DNA of 34,008 nt from a virus (Duplodnaviria; Caudoviricetes), in IMG/VR virus record IMGVR_UViG_3300032332_000464, positions 1 through 34,008 of that record; one strand, given 5' to 3'. Position numbers and translations under genes: made by a program. Each line of letters opens with the position of its first letter. Position 1 is the stretch's first letter. The notes under the pieces were generated by a model, which saw only the letters and a program-made list of their open reading frames with translations, was not told where the DNA came from and ran no database searches. Positions 1-9,054 of this stretch are shown here, piece after piece.

Positions 1-57
1 GGTTCCGAGCCACGATCATTTTGTGAGAGTTTCTTGAAAAACCATATTGTAAAAAAC

Positions 58-66
58 TGATATAAA
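58..66 (+). promoter_or_regulatory. Possible extended -10 promoter (TGaTATAAA) for a leaderless ParB transcript
   Basis: TGnTATAAA at 58-66, ATG at 74 after a 7-nt gap, no Shine-Dalgarno; AT-rich context makes chance match possible. Confidence 0.3.
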
Positions 67-73
67 AAGATTT

Positions 74-553
74 ATGAATAAAGACCAAAAATATCCAATG
101 CTAGTTCAGAAAAAAATCTCTGAACTTCTTCCAGCATCATACAATCCCAGAAAAATTTCTTCAGATGCCCTGGGCAGATTAACCAAATCTCTGCACGAGT
201 TAGGGAATCTCCAGCCCATCACTTGGAATGCAAAAACAGGCAGGGTTGTTGGAGGACATCAAAGATTAAAATGCTACATGGCCATGGGAGTTGATGTTGT
301 AGATGTCTGGGCAGTGTGGCTGGATGAACAAAAAGAAAAGACAGCAAACATTGCCCTAAATAAATTGAGTGGTGAGTTTGATCTTCCACAACTCAAAGAC
401 CTAATTGAAGAGTTAGACACTGGAGAAGTTGATTTAGACATTACAGGGTTTGGTGCTGATGAATTGGCAGAACTAATGGAACAAACAGCCCCAGAGGATG
501 AGGGCAAAAAAGAAGATGGTGAGAAATGCCAAGCCTGTGGCAAGCCTTTGTGA
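74..553 (+). CDS. ParB/Srx-like N-terminal domain protein
   Basis: ISELLPASYNPRKI...SLHELGNLQPITWN...VVGGHQRL...NIALNKLSGEFD, C-terminal CQACG; typical upstream of phage terminases. Confidence 0.85.
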   Translation: MNKDQKYPMLVQKKISELLPASYNPRKISSDALGRLTKSLHELGNLQPITWNAKTGRVVGGHQRLKCYMAMGVDVVDVWAVWLDEQKEKTANIALNKLSGEFDLPQLKDLIEELDTGEVDLDITGFGADELAELMEQTAPEDEGKKEDGEKCQACGKPL

Positions 554-589
554 TGAATGAAGATTACCCTTCAGCAGTTAAATTAGTTT

Positions 590-1198
590 ATGATAAGTCA
601 AAAAGAGCTTTGCCAGAAATGGGGCTACAGCCCAGGGCAGGTTTCAAGAATGGTCAAAAGGGGAATGCCCCTGGAATCAGAAGCTTCAGCCATGAGATGG
701 AGGCTGGAGAACATGAAGATGCCCAAGAAGCACGCCATTCCAATGGAGCCAGCCAAAGAGAACCAGGAAGAACCAGAACCAGTAGGTTTTTCTGATGAGG
801 ATATATCAGCAACAACAAGCTTGGGCAGAGTTCTTAGAGCAGAAAGAATTGAACTATCAGCGGCCAGGAAGGTTGGTAAAGCCCTTAAAACAGACAATAT
901 CTTCCACATCAAAGCCGCAATCCATGCCCACAATGAAGCAAGGAAGGGATATGAAGATGCCAGGAGATGCCATGAAGAAGAAAAGACTAGGCTTCGACAA
1001 ACACTTTCGGCAGACGAAGTTCAAGAAACTCTTTCTAAGTTCCTCTCTCAAATCCGTTCACTACTGGATGCTATGCCATCGTCAGTCGCAACCAGGGCAA
1101 ACCCAAGCGACCCAGAATGTTCCAAAAAAGCAATCCAAGATGCAGTAGATCAATTGATGCTTACAATCCAAAAAACAGAAGATGAGGCATTCAAATGA
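590..1198 (+). CDS. Terminase small subunit (Nu1-like)
   Basis: N-terminal HTH SQKELCQKWGYSPGQVSRMVKRGMP, coiled-coil middle, LLDAMPSSVA C-terminal segment; lies before terminase large subunit. Confidence 0.8.
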   Translation: MISQKELCQKWGYSPGQVSRMVKRGMPLESEASAMRWRLENMKMPKKHAIPMEPAKENQEEPEPVGFSDEDISATTSLGRVLRAERIELSAARKVGKALKTDNIFHIKAAIHAHNEARKGYEDARRCHEEEKTRLRQTLSADEVQETLSKFLSQIRSLLDAMPSSVATRANPSDPECSKKAIQDAVDQLMLTIQKTEDEAFK

Positions 1199-1269
1199 AT
1201 GAATGCTTTATTGTTCTGCTGGTGGCAATCGCAATTCTTGGCATTGTGCTTCCATACTTTGACCAATGA
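1195..1269 (+). CDS. 24-aa membrane peptide (not in ORF track)
   Basis: MNECFIVLLVAIAILGIVLPYFDQ; ATGA overlaps with both neighbours. Confidence 0.6.
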   Translation: MNECFIVLLVAIAILGIVLPYFDQ

Positions 1270-1568
1270 AACGCACACCACTAAAACGAAAGACACCACT
1301 CAAGAGAGGTGGAAGGCTTAATCCTGTTTCAAAGAAAAGAGCCAAGCAGAACAAGGCCTATTCAATTACAAGGGTTGAATACCTGGAGCAGAACCCACTA
1401 TGTGAAAGGTGTGCAAAAAAAGCAGATCAAATCCACCACAAAAGGGGCAGGTTTGGAGAGAGGCTGAATGAGAAAGAATTTTTTATGGCAGTGTGCATGA
1501 CTTGCCATAACTGGATTCATGGCAACCCAATTGAGGCATATTCAAAGGGTTATCTTCTGACTAGATGA
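1266..1568 (+). CDS. HNH endonuclease (packaging-associated)
   Basis: CERC...DQIHHKRGR...AVCMTCHNWIH motif; immediately before terminase large subunit. Confidence 0.88.
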   Translation: MKRTPLKRKTPLKRGGRLNPVSKKRAKQNKAYSITRVEYLEQNPLCERCAKKADQIHHKRGRFGERLNEKEFFMAVCMTCHNWIHGNPIEAYSKGYLLTR

Positions 1569-3347
1569 ATGAAACTTGTACCCTTCATGAAAAGCTTCTT
1601 GATTCCCAAGAAGCAATTATCAATTTCAGAATGGTGTGAGCAGAGTCTGGTTCTTTCACCAAGAATCACAAACATTCCAGGCCCGTACAGCACAAATCTT
1701 ACACCCTATGTGAGGGAGCCCCTGGAGGCTTTTGGGAATGATTCTGTTAGGAGAATTACCCTGGTGTGGGGAGCCCAGACATCCAAGACAACCACAATTC
1801 TTGCAGGGCTTTCCTACAGGCTGGCAGTTGAACCATGCCCAGCACTTTGGGTGATGCCATCTGAAGCACTGGCAAGATCATTCTCAGAAACCAGGTGGTT
1901 GCCAATGGTGGACGATTGCCCAATCCTGGCAAAGGAAAAGCCAGAGAACACAGATAAAATAAAGATACTCGAACAGCACTTTAGAAAGATGAGCCTTTGG
2001 TTTGTGGGCTCAAACAGCCCAGCCAATCTTTCCTCCAGGTCGGTTTCACTTTTGATGCTCGATGAGGTTGATAAGTTTAGTGATGGCACAAATTCAAAAG
2101 AGGCTGGAGCATTGCAGTTGGCAGAAGCCAGAGTTGCCACCTATCCAAACCACCTGGTTGTTTCCACTAGCACACCAACCACAGCAGATTCAATCATCTG
2201 GGCAGAGTGGCAGAAGGGGGACATGAGATTCTTCTTTGTTCCATGCCCCCATTGTGGACACAAACAAAAGCTTATTTGGGAGAGGGTGAAGTGGGATGAA
2301 AAGGCAAAGCTTGAAGATGGAGTGTATGACTTTGGGATTGTGAAAAATTCAGCCTACTATGAATGTGAAAACTGCCAGAAGCCAATTAGGGATGGACACA
2401 AAACAATGATGTTGAGGCATGGTGAGTGGAGACCAACCAACCCAAAGGGTGAACCAGGCAGAAGGTCGTACCATTTGAATGGACTATATCCACCCTGGGT
2501 AACCTTTGGAAGCTTAGCAGTTAAATTTCTACAGGACAAGCACAGCGGAATCATAGGGCTACAGGACTTTGTGAACAGGGTTCTTGCGGAACCTTGGATG
2601 GAGCATGACCAGGAAAGGGTAGAGATTATACCAGGCAAATATAAACTTGGTGAAGTGAACATGGGTGAGAAGCTTGTCATGGCCTGTGACATTCAAGAGG
2701 CCGGCGGCTTCCATGCCTGGTGTGTTGTGAGGGCTTGGGACATGGACGGCAAAAGCAGATTGGTTTGGGCTGGGAGGCTTGAAACCTGGGGAGACATCAA
2801 AGCCAAAGCAGATGAGTTTAATGTTGAGCCTAAAGCAACCTTCATTGATTCTGGTGATCAAACCCGTGATGTTTATTTGCATTGTTGCCAATGGGGTTTT
2901 ATTGCCCTGGTTGGTTCAGACAAATCAAGCTTCTCAGAGATTGTGGGAGAGCAGAGGGTTCAAAGACCATTTGCTAGGATTGCCAATGGAGACCCATTCA
3001 GTGGAAAGAATGTTGGCTCCAGGGAGGGCTGGAAATGGAAGCTTTGCCCAGTTTGGAGATGGTCAAATCCAGCCATTAAAGACATCCTATCCAACCTTTT
3101 GAAAACTGATGGATTTATTGCAGAGGACACACCAGAAGTTTGGAAAGTTCACATTTCATCTGAAACAAAGGTAGAAGTTAGGAATCCCATGACGGGCAGA
3201 ACCAGGAGGGTATGGAAGCAGATAGGCAAGCACAACCACTTACTTGATTGTGAATGCATGGCCATTGTGGGTGCGGCCTTGCATAAGAGGCTGAAGATCA
3301 TGCCCGCAGGCTTGACAGAGGAGATTGAGAATAATGGCGAAGGGTGA
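1569..3347 (+). CDS. terL: Terminase large subunit, lambda GpA family
   Basis: TPYVREPL, Walker A-like WGAQTSKTT, Walker B LLMLDEVD, STSTPT, CPHCG/CENC zinc motif, C-terminal NHLLDC. Confidence 0.96.
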   Translation: MKLVPFMKSFLIPKKQLSISEWCEQSLVLSPRITNIPGPYSTNLTPYVREPLEAFGNDSVRRITLVWGAQTSKTTTILAGLSYRLAVEPCPALWVMPSEALARSFSETRWLPMVDDCPILAKEKPENTDKIKILEQHFRKMSLWFVGSNSPANLSSRSVSLLMLDEVDKFSDGTNSKEAGALQLAEARVATYPNHLVVSTSTPTTADSIIWAEWQKGDMRFFFVPCPHCGHKQKLIWERVKWDEKAKLEDGVYDFGIVKNSAYYECENCQKPIRDGHKTMMLRHGEWRPTNPKGEPGRRSYHLNGLYPPWVTFGSLAVKFLQDKHSGIIGLQDFVNRVLAEPWMEHDQERVEIIPGKYKLGEVNMGEKLVMACDIQEAGGFHAWCVVRAWDMDGKSRLVWAGRLETWGDIKAKADEFNVEPKATFIDSGDQTRDVYLHCCQWGFIALVGSDKSSFSEIVGEQRVQRPFARIANGDPFSGKNVGSREGWKWKLCPVWRWSNPAIKDILSNLLKTDGFIAEDTPEVWKVHISSETKVEVRNPMTGRTRRVWKQIGKHNHLLDCECMAIVGAALHKRLKIMPAGLTEEIENNGEG

Positions 3348-3570
3348 TTTCATTGGTTTGCCCATTGCTACCTTAAATTCCCTGCGTGATAAGTATATCA
3401 CTTGTCTTGAGGCGATAGCGGTGGCTGGTGCAAGTTATTCAATTGCTGGAAGATCATTCAGCAGGGCGAACCTGTCTGAGGTTAGAGAGATTATTGCTGA
3501 ATTGACTCTTGCCATTCAGTCTGCATCTGGCACAAGAATTAGAACTACCTATGCAAAATTCGGCCCATGA
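3334..3570 (+). CDS. gpW-like head-to-tail joining protein
   Basis: GASYSIAGRSFSRANLSEV motif; between terminase and portal; ATG 3334 after GAGGAG preferred to 3325. Confidence 0.8.
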   Translation: MAKGDFIGLPIATLNSLRDKYITCLEAIAVAGASYSIAGRSFSRANLSEVREIIAELTLAIQSASGTRIRTTYAKFGP

Positions 3571-6500
3571 AGCTTAAACAAACATTCCTTGATAAGCTTG
3601 TTTCATTTGTAAATCCCCAGGCTGGGGTTCAAAGGCTGATGGCAAAAAAAGCCCTCACCAAGTTTGAATATGATGCAGTAAAATACACCAGGGAGAGGCG
3701 GGGGCCGAGCAATCTATCTGGTGCAGAGGACTTTAGATCAAATTATGATCGTGTAGAGTTAATGAAGAGGGCAAGAGACCTGGCAGAAAATAATGGCCTG
3801 GTTCGCTCTATCTTGATGAAATTTGCAAGCCATGTTGCATCAAACTTGACCTATCAAGCCAGGACAGACAATCCAAAAGCCAACACAGAGATTGAGGCAT
3901 ATTGGAATGAATGGTTTGATAATTGTGACCTATCAACCAGGCACACAGGCTCAACCCTTATGCAGGTTGCAACCATGTCCATGCTCCGTGATGGCGATTT
4001 CCTTTTTGTATTGGTCAGAGATAAGAATGGAGACTTAAAACTCCAGGGTATTGAATCTGATAGACTCGGTGACCCATACAAAACTTATACAAGCCTAGAG
4101 CTTATTGGAGGCATTCATATTGATAGAGGAACAGGGGCTCCAACAGCCTATGATATTTATAATCGTAGCATTGGGGATTTCTATACATATCAAGTAACCA
4201 TTCCCGCTGGCCAAGCATTCCACTATTTTGACCCACTTCGGATTGATCAATACAGGGGAGTTTCTGCTTTCCACACTGCCATCAATGATGCAACTGATAT
4301 TTATGACATTGTGAATTTTGAGAAGCTGGCCGCCAAGGTTGCCAGTTCGCAGAGTGCAGTTGTGAAGAGGTCAAATAATAACGCCTCTGACCTTAGTGCC
4401 TTAACCACAGAGGAAAATTTTGATAACCAACAAATCAAACTGGAATCAATGGAATCTGGCAAGGTTAGTTATCTTGAGCCAGGAGAGGACATTATTTTCC
4501 CAGACGGCCCCAGCAGACCCAGTGGAGCCTTTGCAGAGTTTCATAAAATCTTATTGAGAAATATCTGCATGGGACTTGGAATCCCCTACTCCTTTGCTGT
4601 CGACCCATCTGCCATGTCCGGCCCCACAGCCAGGCTTGAAATGCAACAGGCTGGAAGAACTTTCAACAGATACCAGAAGCTACTTAATGATAAGGTTCTA
4701 AATCCAATTAAGAACATTGTTATTGCTGATGGTGTAGCCAGGGGAATGATCAGTGGCAATGGAACAAAAACAACTAAGGGCATTTTCAATTTTGGAGCCA
4801 ATGTTTCTATCGACTTGGGACGGGAATCTATGGCAAACATTGCAGAGTTTAAGGCCGGACTGACCACGGCAAGTTCAATCTATGCAGAGAAGGGGCTGGA
4901 TGTTGAGGCGGCCTTTAGGGCAAGAGCCATTGAGACTAAGATGATTCAAGACTTGGCAAAGGAATATGGAGTTCCAGCCCAGGCAGTTTCTGAAATTCTG
5001 CTTCCTACAGGTCAGCCAGCACAGGCAGTGCAACCAGGACAAACAACCCAAGACGGCAAACAGGTGGAAGGCCAAGAGGATGTTATTGGGCAGAGTCTCA
5101 ATGGAGCCCAGGTTGCTTCTCTCATCAATGTTATCAATGCAGTGGCGGCTGGTGCATTGTCTAAGGAGGGAGCAGTTTCAGTTATCACGGCCGCCTTCCC
5201 AACCATTTCAAGGGAACAGGCCATTGGCATTGTTGCTGGTGTGCAGTCTGGAAAAATCATTCCAACCACAGAAAAAGAAAAGCAAGCCGCCCAGGATGGA
5301 CAACAGGATGAAGGCCAAGGTGGGGCTCCAGTTCCAGAAGCACCTAAAGCACCAGTTGCTCCCACAGGCTTGGAAGAGTTGAAATGCCCAGCACCAACTC
5401 AAGACATAAAGCTTAATCTTCAAAATAGACAGACAGCAGTTGATAAAGCCAACTACGGCCCAGCCAATCCTAATGAGCCCAATCAGAGCTACTGGAAAGC
5501 CAAGGCCAATGAGTTCCAGGGTGATGTTGGAACTGCAAAGAAAATGCTCTGTGGTAATTGTGCCGCATTCAACCAAACCAGCAAGTTGCTTGGTTGCATT
5601 AAAAATGGAATTGGTGAAGATGCAAATGAAGTGGCACTTGGCGGAGACCTGGGATATTGTGAAATTTTTGATTTCAAATGTGCGGCCAAAAGAACCTGTG
5701 ATGCCTGGATTGTTGGCGGTCCATTGACGGATAAAAAAAAAGAAACTGATCAAGCCCTATCAAGCCTAAGTAAGCAAGAGCTTAAAATGCTCATTGCTGG
5801 AATGATGGGTGGCATTGAGTTGGGCAAGTATGATGGCATTGATTTTACCCCTCCAGAAGGAGCCAGGGAGTCAGCCAAGAGAGCTTTGGATGTAAGGGAA
5901 GGGAAACCAGCCAGCCAAAAGGGAATGACGGCTGTAGGCATAGCCAGGGCACGGGATTTGATCAATGGGATTAAGTTCTCTCCAGACACCGTCCGTAGAA
6001 TGAAGGCATTCTTTGATCGCCATGAGGTAGATAAGAAGGGTGAAACCTGGGATGAACAAGGCAAGGGCTGGCAAGCTTGGAACGGATGGGGTGGAGATGC
6101 TGGCTATTCCTGGGCAAAGAAAGTAGTTGGCCAGATGGAATCAAAAGACAAGAACCTTTCAGAGTCACAAGAGACAACAGAGTTTGCTGGAGAGGCAAGT
6201 CTTAACCCTTGTGGAATGAAAGACGATGGTACTTTTGACGATGAGAATAGTTGTGCAAATGGCTATGGAAGGCCAAAGCTTGTTGGAGGATATACCCCTA
6301 AAAGACCTGGTGGGAAAATTCCAAAACAAGCACCCAAGCCACAGCCAAAGCCCCAGCCGCCAAGCCAGCCTAAGCCGAATCTTCCAAAACCACCACCGCC
6401 ACCAAAGGGAGTAACACCAGAACCCAAAACTCCAGAAGAACAAGAAAGAAGTAGGATTGAAGAGAAGATGCGTAAGCCTGGAGTTAAATTTGTAGTTCTT

Positions 6501-7019
6501 CCAAAGAACATAAAGAATACCCAGCACATTGAAAAATCTTTTGATAACATTATGGCAAAGGGATATGAAATACCACCACCATATATGATTACAACAGAAA
6601 GACTTACTGGAAGATGGTCAAGGGCTTATGCTATTTCAAGCAACAGCGAAGATAGAAGCTATCAAGCGATTACATTCAACAGCAAATATTTTGAGAGTGA
6701 CAAATACTTGCAAATGAAAGAACAGGGCGTAAAGGATAAATGGAGCAGTGCTGTTGATACTTTTGGCCATGAATATGGCCATGCTCTCCACGCAAAAGAT
6801 GTTTCTTATGAACAATGGCGCACATGGAAAAGAGGCAAATTTGGAAGTGGGAAAATTGGTGCAATGAAGAAGTCTATTGCAAAACAGGTAAGCGACTATG
6901 CAATGAAAAACCCACAAGAATTTGTTGCTGAAACTTTTGCTGGTAATCTGAATGGAAAGAAGTATAGCAAGGAAGTGTATGCAATGTATAAAGAATACAG
7001 AGGGCCGACATTAAAATGA
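3567..7019 (+). CDS. Lambda-type portal protein with long multi-domain C-terminal extension ending in a zincin metallopeptidase
   Basis: aa 1-~480: RARDLAENNG, LRDGDFL, LQGIESDRL, RIDQYRGVS, IDLGRE portal motifs; remaining ~670 aa hold a Cys-rich module, a Trp/Gly module, a Pro-rich linker and HEYGH...EFVAE. Confidence 0.92.
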   Translation: MKLKQTFLDKLVSFVNPQAGVQRLMAKKALTKFEYDAVKYTRERRGPSNLSGAEDFRSNYDRVELMKRARDLAENNGLVRSILMKFASHVASNLTYQARTDNPKANTEIEAYWNEWFDNCDLSTRHTGSTLMQVATMSMLRDGDFLFVLVRDKNGDLKLQGIESDRLGDPYKTYTSLELIGGIHIDRGTGAPTAYDIYNRSIGDFYTYQVTIPAGQAFHYFDPLRIDQYRGVSAFHTAINDATDIYDIVNFEKLAAKVASSQSAVVKRSNNNASDLSALTTEENFDNQQIKLESMESGKVSYLEPGEDIIFPDGPSRPSGAFAEFHKILLRNICMGLGIPYSFAVDPSAMSGPTARLEMQQAGRTFNRYQKLLNDKVLNPIKNIVIADGVARGMISGNGTKTTKGIFNFGANVSIDLGRESMANIAEFKAGLTTASSIYAEKGLDVEAAFRARAIETKMIQDLAKEYGVPAQAVSEILLPTGQPAQAVQPGQTTQDGKQVEGQEDVIGQSLNGAQVASLINVINAVAAGALSKEGAVSVITAAFPTISREQAIGIVAGVQSGKIIPTTEKEKQAAQDGQQDEGQGGAPVPEAPKAPVAPTGLEELKCPAPTQDIKLNLQNRQTAVDKANYGPANPNEPNQSYWKAKANEFQGDVGTAKKMLCGNCAAFNQTSKLLGCIKNGIGEDANEVALGGDLGYCEIFDFKCAAKRTCDAWIVGGPLTDKKKETDQALSSLSKQELKMLIAGMMGGIELGKYDGIDFTPPEGARESAKRALDVREGKPASQKGMTAVGIARARDLINGIKFSPDTVRRMKAFFDRHEVDKKGETWDEQGKGWQAWNGWGGDAGYSWAKKVVGQMESKDKNLSESQETTEFAGEASLNPCGMKDDGTFDDENSCANGYGRPKLVGGYTPKRPGGKIPKQAPKPQPKPQPPSQPKPNLPKPPPPPKGVTPEPKTPEEQERSRIEEKMRKPGVKFVVLPKNIKNTQHIEKSFDNIMAKGYEIPPPYMITTERLTGRWSRAYAISSNSEDRSYQAITFNSKYFESDKYLQMKEQGVKDKWSSAVDTFGHEYGHALHAKDVSYEQWRTWKRGKFGSGKIGAMKKSIAKQVSDYAMKNPQEFVAETFAGNLNGKKYSKEVYAMYKEYRGPTLK

Positions 7020-7510
7020 TTATTCCAAAGGAATTCTTTACAGAAGAAGGCTTTGAGGAGGCTTTTGACCAATACACAGAAGCCCTATATGGCAGGGGTG
7101 CTGATGCTGTAAAGCTTGAGAGACCAGGTGCAAAGTCTGCCTCCCAGACTCCAGCCCCACCAAAGGAAAGAATCAAGGGTTCTGAGCAGAACAAGCCTGG
7201 TTCAGCGGCCACAAAAAGCACTGGAGGCAAGATTGAAATTGGGGAGGGTGCAGAGGAATCAATCAAGAACAAGCTGAAGGAATGGAAAGACAAGAACCCT
7301 GGCAAGAAAGCCCCATCCCTGGGAGCCCTAAAGAAAGTGTTCAGAAGGGGTGCTGGAGCCTACTCAACAAGCTTCAGACCAACCATTGGTGGTGGTAAGC
7401 CCAACTCCAGGAATGCCTGGGCATTGGCAAGGGTAAACAAGTTTCTGCTCATGGCAGGTGGTGGCAAGGTAAAAGAATCCTACCGCCAGGCTGACGGCGA
7501 CCTGCTTTGA
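7016..7510 (+). CDS. Head-region protein with DUF5824-like basic domain
   Basis: LKKVFRRGAGAYSTSFRP...AWALARVNKFL resembles the RG.AAW...HRPG...W..ARV..F viral domain as I recall it; short acidic N-terminus. Confidence 0.55.
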   Translation: MIIPKEFFTEEGFEEAFDQYTEALYGRGADAVKLERPGAKSASQTPAPPKERIKGSEQNKPGSAATKSTGGKIEIGEGAEESIKNKLKEWKDKNPGKKAPSLGALKKVFRRGAGAYSTSFRPTIGGGKPNSRNAWALARVNKFLLMAGGGKVKESYRQADGDLL

Positions 7511-7526
7511 CATAACCTGGGCATTT

Positions 7527-8645
7527 ATGCCCCTGCCTCTACCTAGTGGTGATGAGTCCGAACAGGACTTTGTTTCCCGATTCATGGGAGATGAAGAAGC
7601 TGTTGCAAAATTCCCAGATGAGACCCAAAGGGCGGCTGTGGCTTATAGTACCTACAGGGATGAGGAAGAGATGGAGTGTGGGGACGAGGAAATGGAAGCA
7701 AATGATTTTGGTGGTGTAAGCATTCTTGAGATTGGTGAGGCTAAAGGGCACGACCTGTTTGTAGATAAACTCAGCCTTGAGAAGGCAATGGACATCATGA
7801 AACAGGCTCCCAATGGAGTTAAGGTCAAGATGAACCACGGCTCTGGATTGGATGCGGTCGTCGGATTTGCAAGGAATGCCAGGATTGAGGGCAACAAGCT
7901 TATTGCAGACCTAAAGCTTTTGAAGAACAGCCAGCACTATGGCTTGATTAAGGAAATGGCTGATGAGGCTCCAGACCAGTTTGGAATCTCCCTGGCATTT
8001 GTGAATGAGAGTGAAACAATCAATGGCAAGGACTTCATCAGACCCCAGAGCATTGCATCTGCTGATCTGGTATCAAGTCCAGCGGCTACCAATGGATTGT
8101 TTGAAGAGGTTGTAAAATTTATGCAAAAATTCGGCTATGTGGCCGGAGGTAAGCCAATTCCCATCGACCTGCCCAATGCAGTTGTTGAAGGTGATGGTTT
8201 GACAAAAGAAGGAGAAGCAATGGAAAACAATTATTCTAAAGATATCGAGGACATCAAGGTTCGCCTGGCGGCCATTGAAGATTCGATGAAACCAAAAAAT
8301 GAAAAGATGGCTGAAGTGCCTGTGGATGAGCAAGCTGTTGTCGAAGATAAGGCAGTTGCAGAGGGCGCAAAAGCTGAAGGTGAATCTGTTGAAGAGGAAA
8401 AGCAAGAGGAGGCAATGAGTGAAGTGGTTAAGAAGGTTCTGACCCAGTTCGGCATTAAGCCCATACCTGTATCCCCTTCTGTTGAGGTTGCTCTTGAAAA
8501 GAAAGAGGAGCCCAAGAACTTTGAAGCACTTGTTTCTGCTCATGCAGAATATAAGACTTCGAAGCTGAAGGCCATGAAGGCCGTCATGCTTTCAAACCCC
8601 AAAGAATATGCTGAGGCTCTTAGCCGTGGCATTAAGAACATCTAA
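7527..8645 (+). CDS. Prohead protease / scaffold fusion
   Basis: GEAKGH, KVKMNH, FGISLAF, SADLVSSPAATNGLF protease-like N-domain; acidic helical C-domain; between portal and capsid. Confidence 0.8.
   Translation: MPLPLPSGDESEQDFVSRFMGDEEAVAKFPDETQRAAVAYSTYRDEEEMECGDEEMEANDFGGVSILEIGEAKGHDLFVDKLSLEKAMDIMKQAPNGVKVKMNHGSGLDAVVGFARNARIEGNKLIADLKLLKNSQHYGLIKEMADEAPDQFGISLAFVNESETINGKDFIRPQSIASADLVSSPAATNGLFEEVVKFMQKFGYVAGGKPIPIDLPNAVVEGDGLTKEGEAMENNYSKDIEDIKVRLAAIEDSMKPKNEKMAEVPVDEQAVVEDKAVAEGAKAEGESVEEEKQEEAMSEVVKKVLTQFGIKPIPVSPSVEVALEKKEEPKNFEALVSAHAEYKTSKLKAMKAVMLSNPKEYAEALSRGIKNI
8220..8645 (+). CDS. Nested in-frame scaffolding protein (lambda Nu3-like arrangement)
   Basis: Internal in-frame ATG (MENNYSK) preceded by GAAGGAG and TTGACA at 8199. 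Confidence 0.6.
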   Translation: MENNYSKDIEDIKVRLAAIEDSMKPKNEKMAEVPVDEQAVVEDKAVAEGAKAEGESVEEEKQEEAMSEVVKKVLTQFGIKPIPVSPSVEVALEKKEEPKNFEALVSAHAEYKTSKLKAMKAVMLSNPKEYAEALSRGIKNI

Positions 8646-8663
8646 CAAAAGGATAAATAGAAA

Positions 8664-9026
8664 ATGAGCACTCAAATTGATAATGGGTATCGGACTTTCT
8701 CAACATCGTCCGCTATCTCTGCTTATCGTATGGTTCAGCCTTCTACCGTCACTGCTGGTGGCGTTGATGTGGCTGTAACTGGTGCGGCTAAAGCAATTGG
8801 TTCAACCCTGGAAGATGTAGCGGCTGGTGGTTATGTGACCGTCAAGTTGTTTCATCCCACCTTCTTCGCAACCGTAAGTGGCACGGCCGCCGCTGGTGAT
8901 GTGATGAAATTCGATTCTGCTGGCCAGGTTACGACCTTGGCGGCAAACACTATAACTGCTGGAATTGCATTGGAAGCCGCTACTGCGACTTCTGCTGTAA
9001 TTGAAATTGCAGTGCCAATGTTCTAA
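8664..9026 (+). CDS. Capsid decoration/cement protein (DUF2190-like)
   Basis: 120 aa, Ala/Gly/Thr-rich, AAGDVM...GIALEAATA...VIEI, directly before major capsid gene. Confidence 0.8.
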   Translation: MSTQIDNGYRTFSTSSAISAYRMVQPSTVTAGGVDVAVTGAAKAIGSTLEDVAAGGYVTVKLFHPTFFATVSGTAAAGDVMKFDSAGQVTTLAANTITAGIALEAATATSAVIEIAVPMF

Positions 9027-9054
9027 CCCATAACCAAGAAAGAATAATAATACA

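Noticed and set aside
1-30. Possible cos/genome end at window start
   Set aside because: Position upstream of terminase is compatible, but no recognisable cos sequence or terminal repeat can be shown
526-795. + strand ORF with ATG at 553 coupled to ParB stop
   Set aside because: Overlaps the terminase small subunit in another frame and has no recognisable features
6295-6435. CCA/AAG-rich quasi-repeats
   Set aside because: Explained by Pro/Lys/Gln linker coding, not a DNA repeat array
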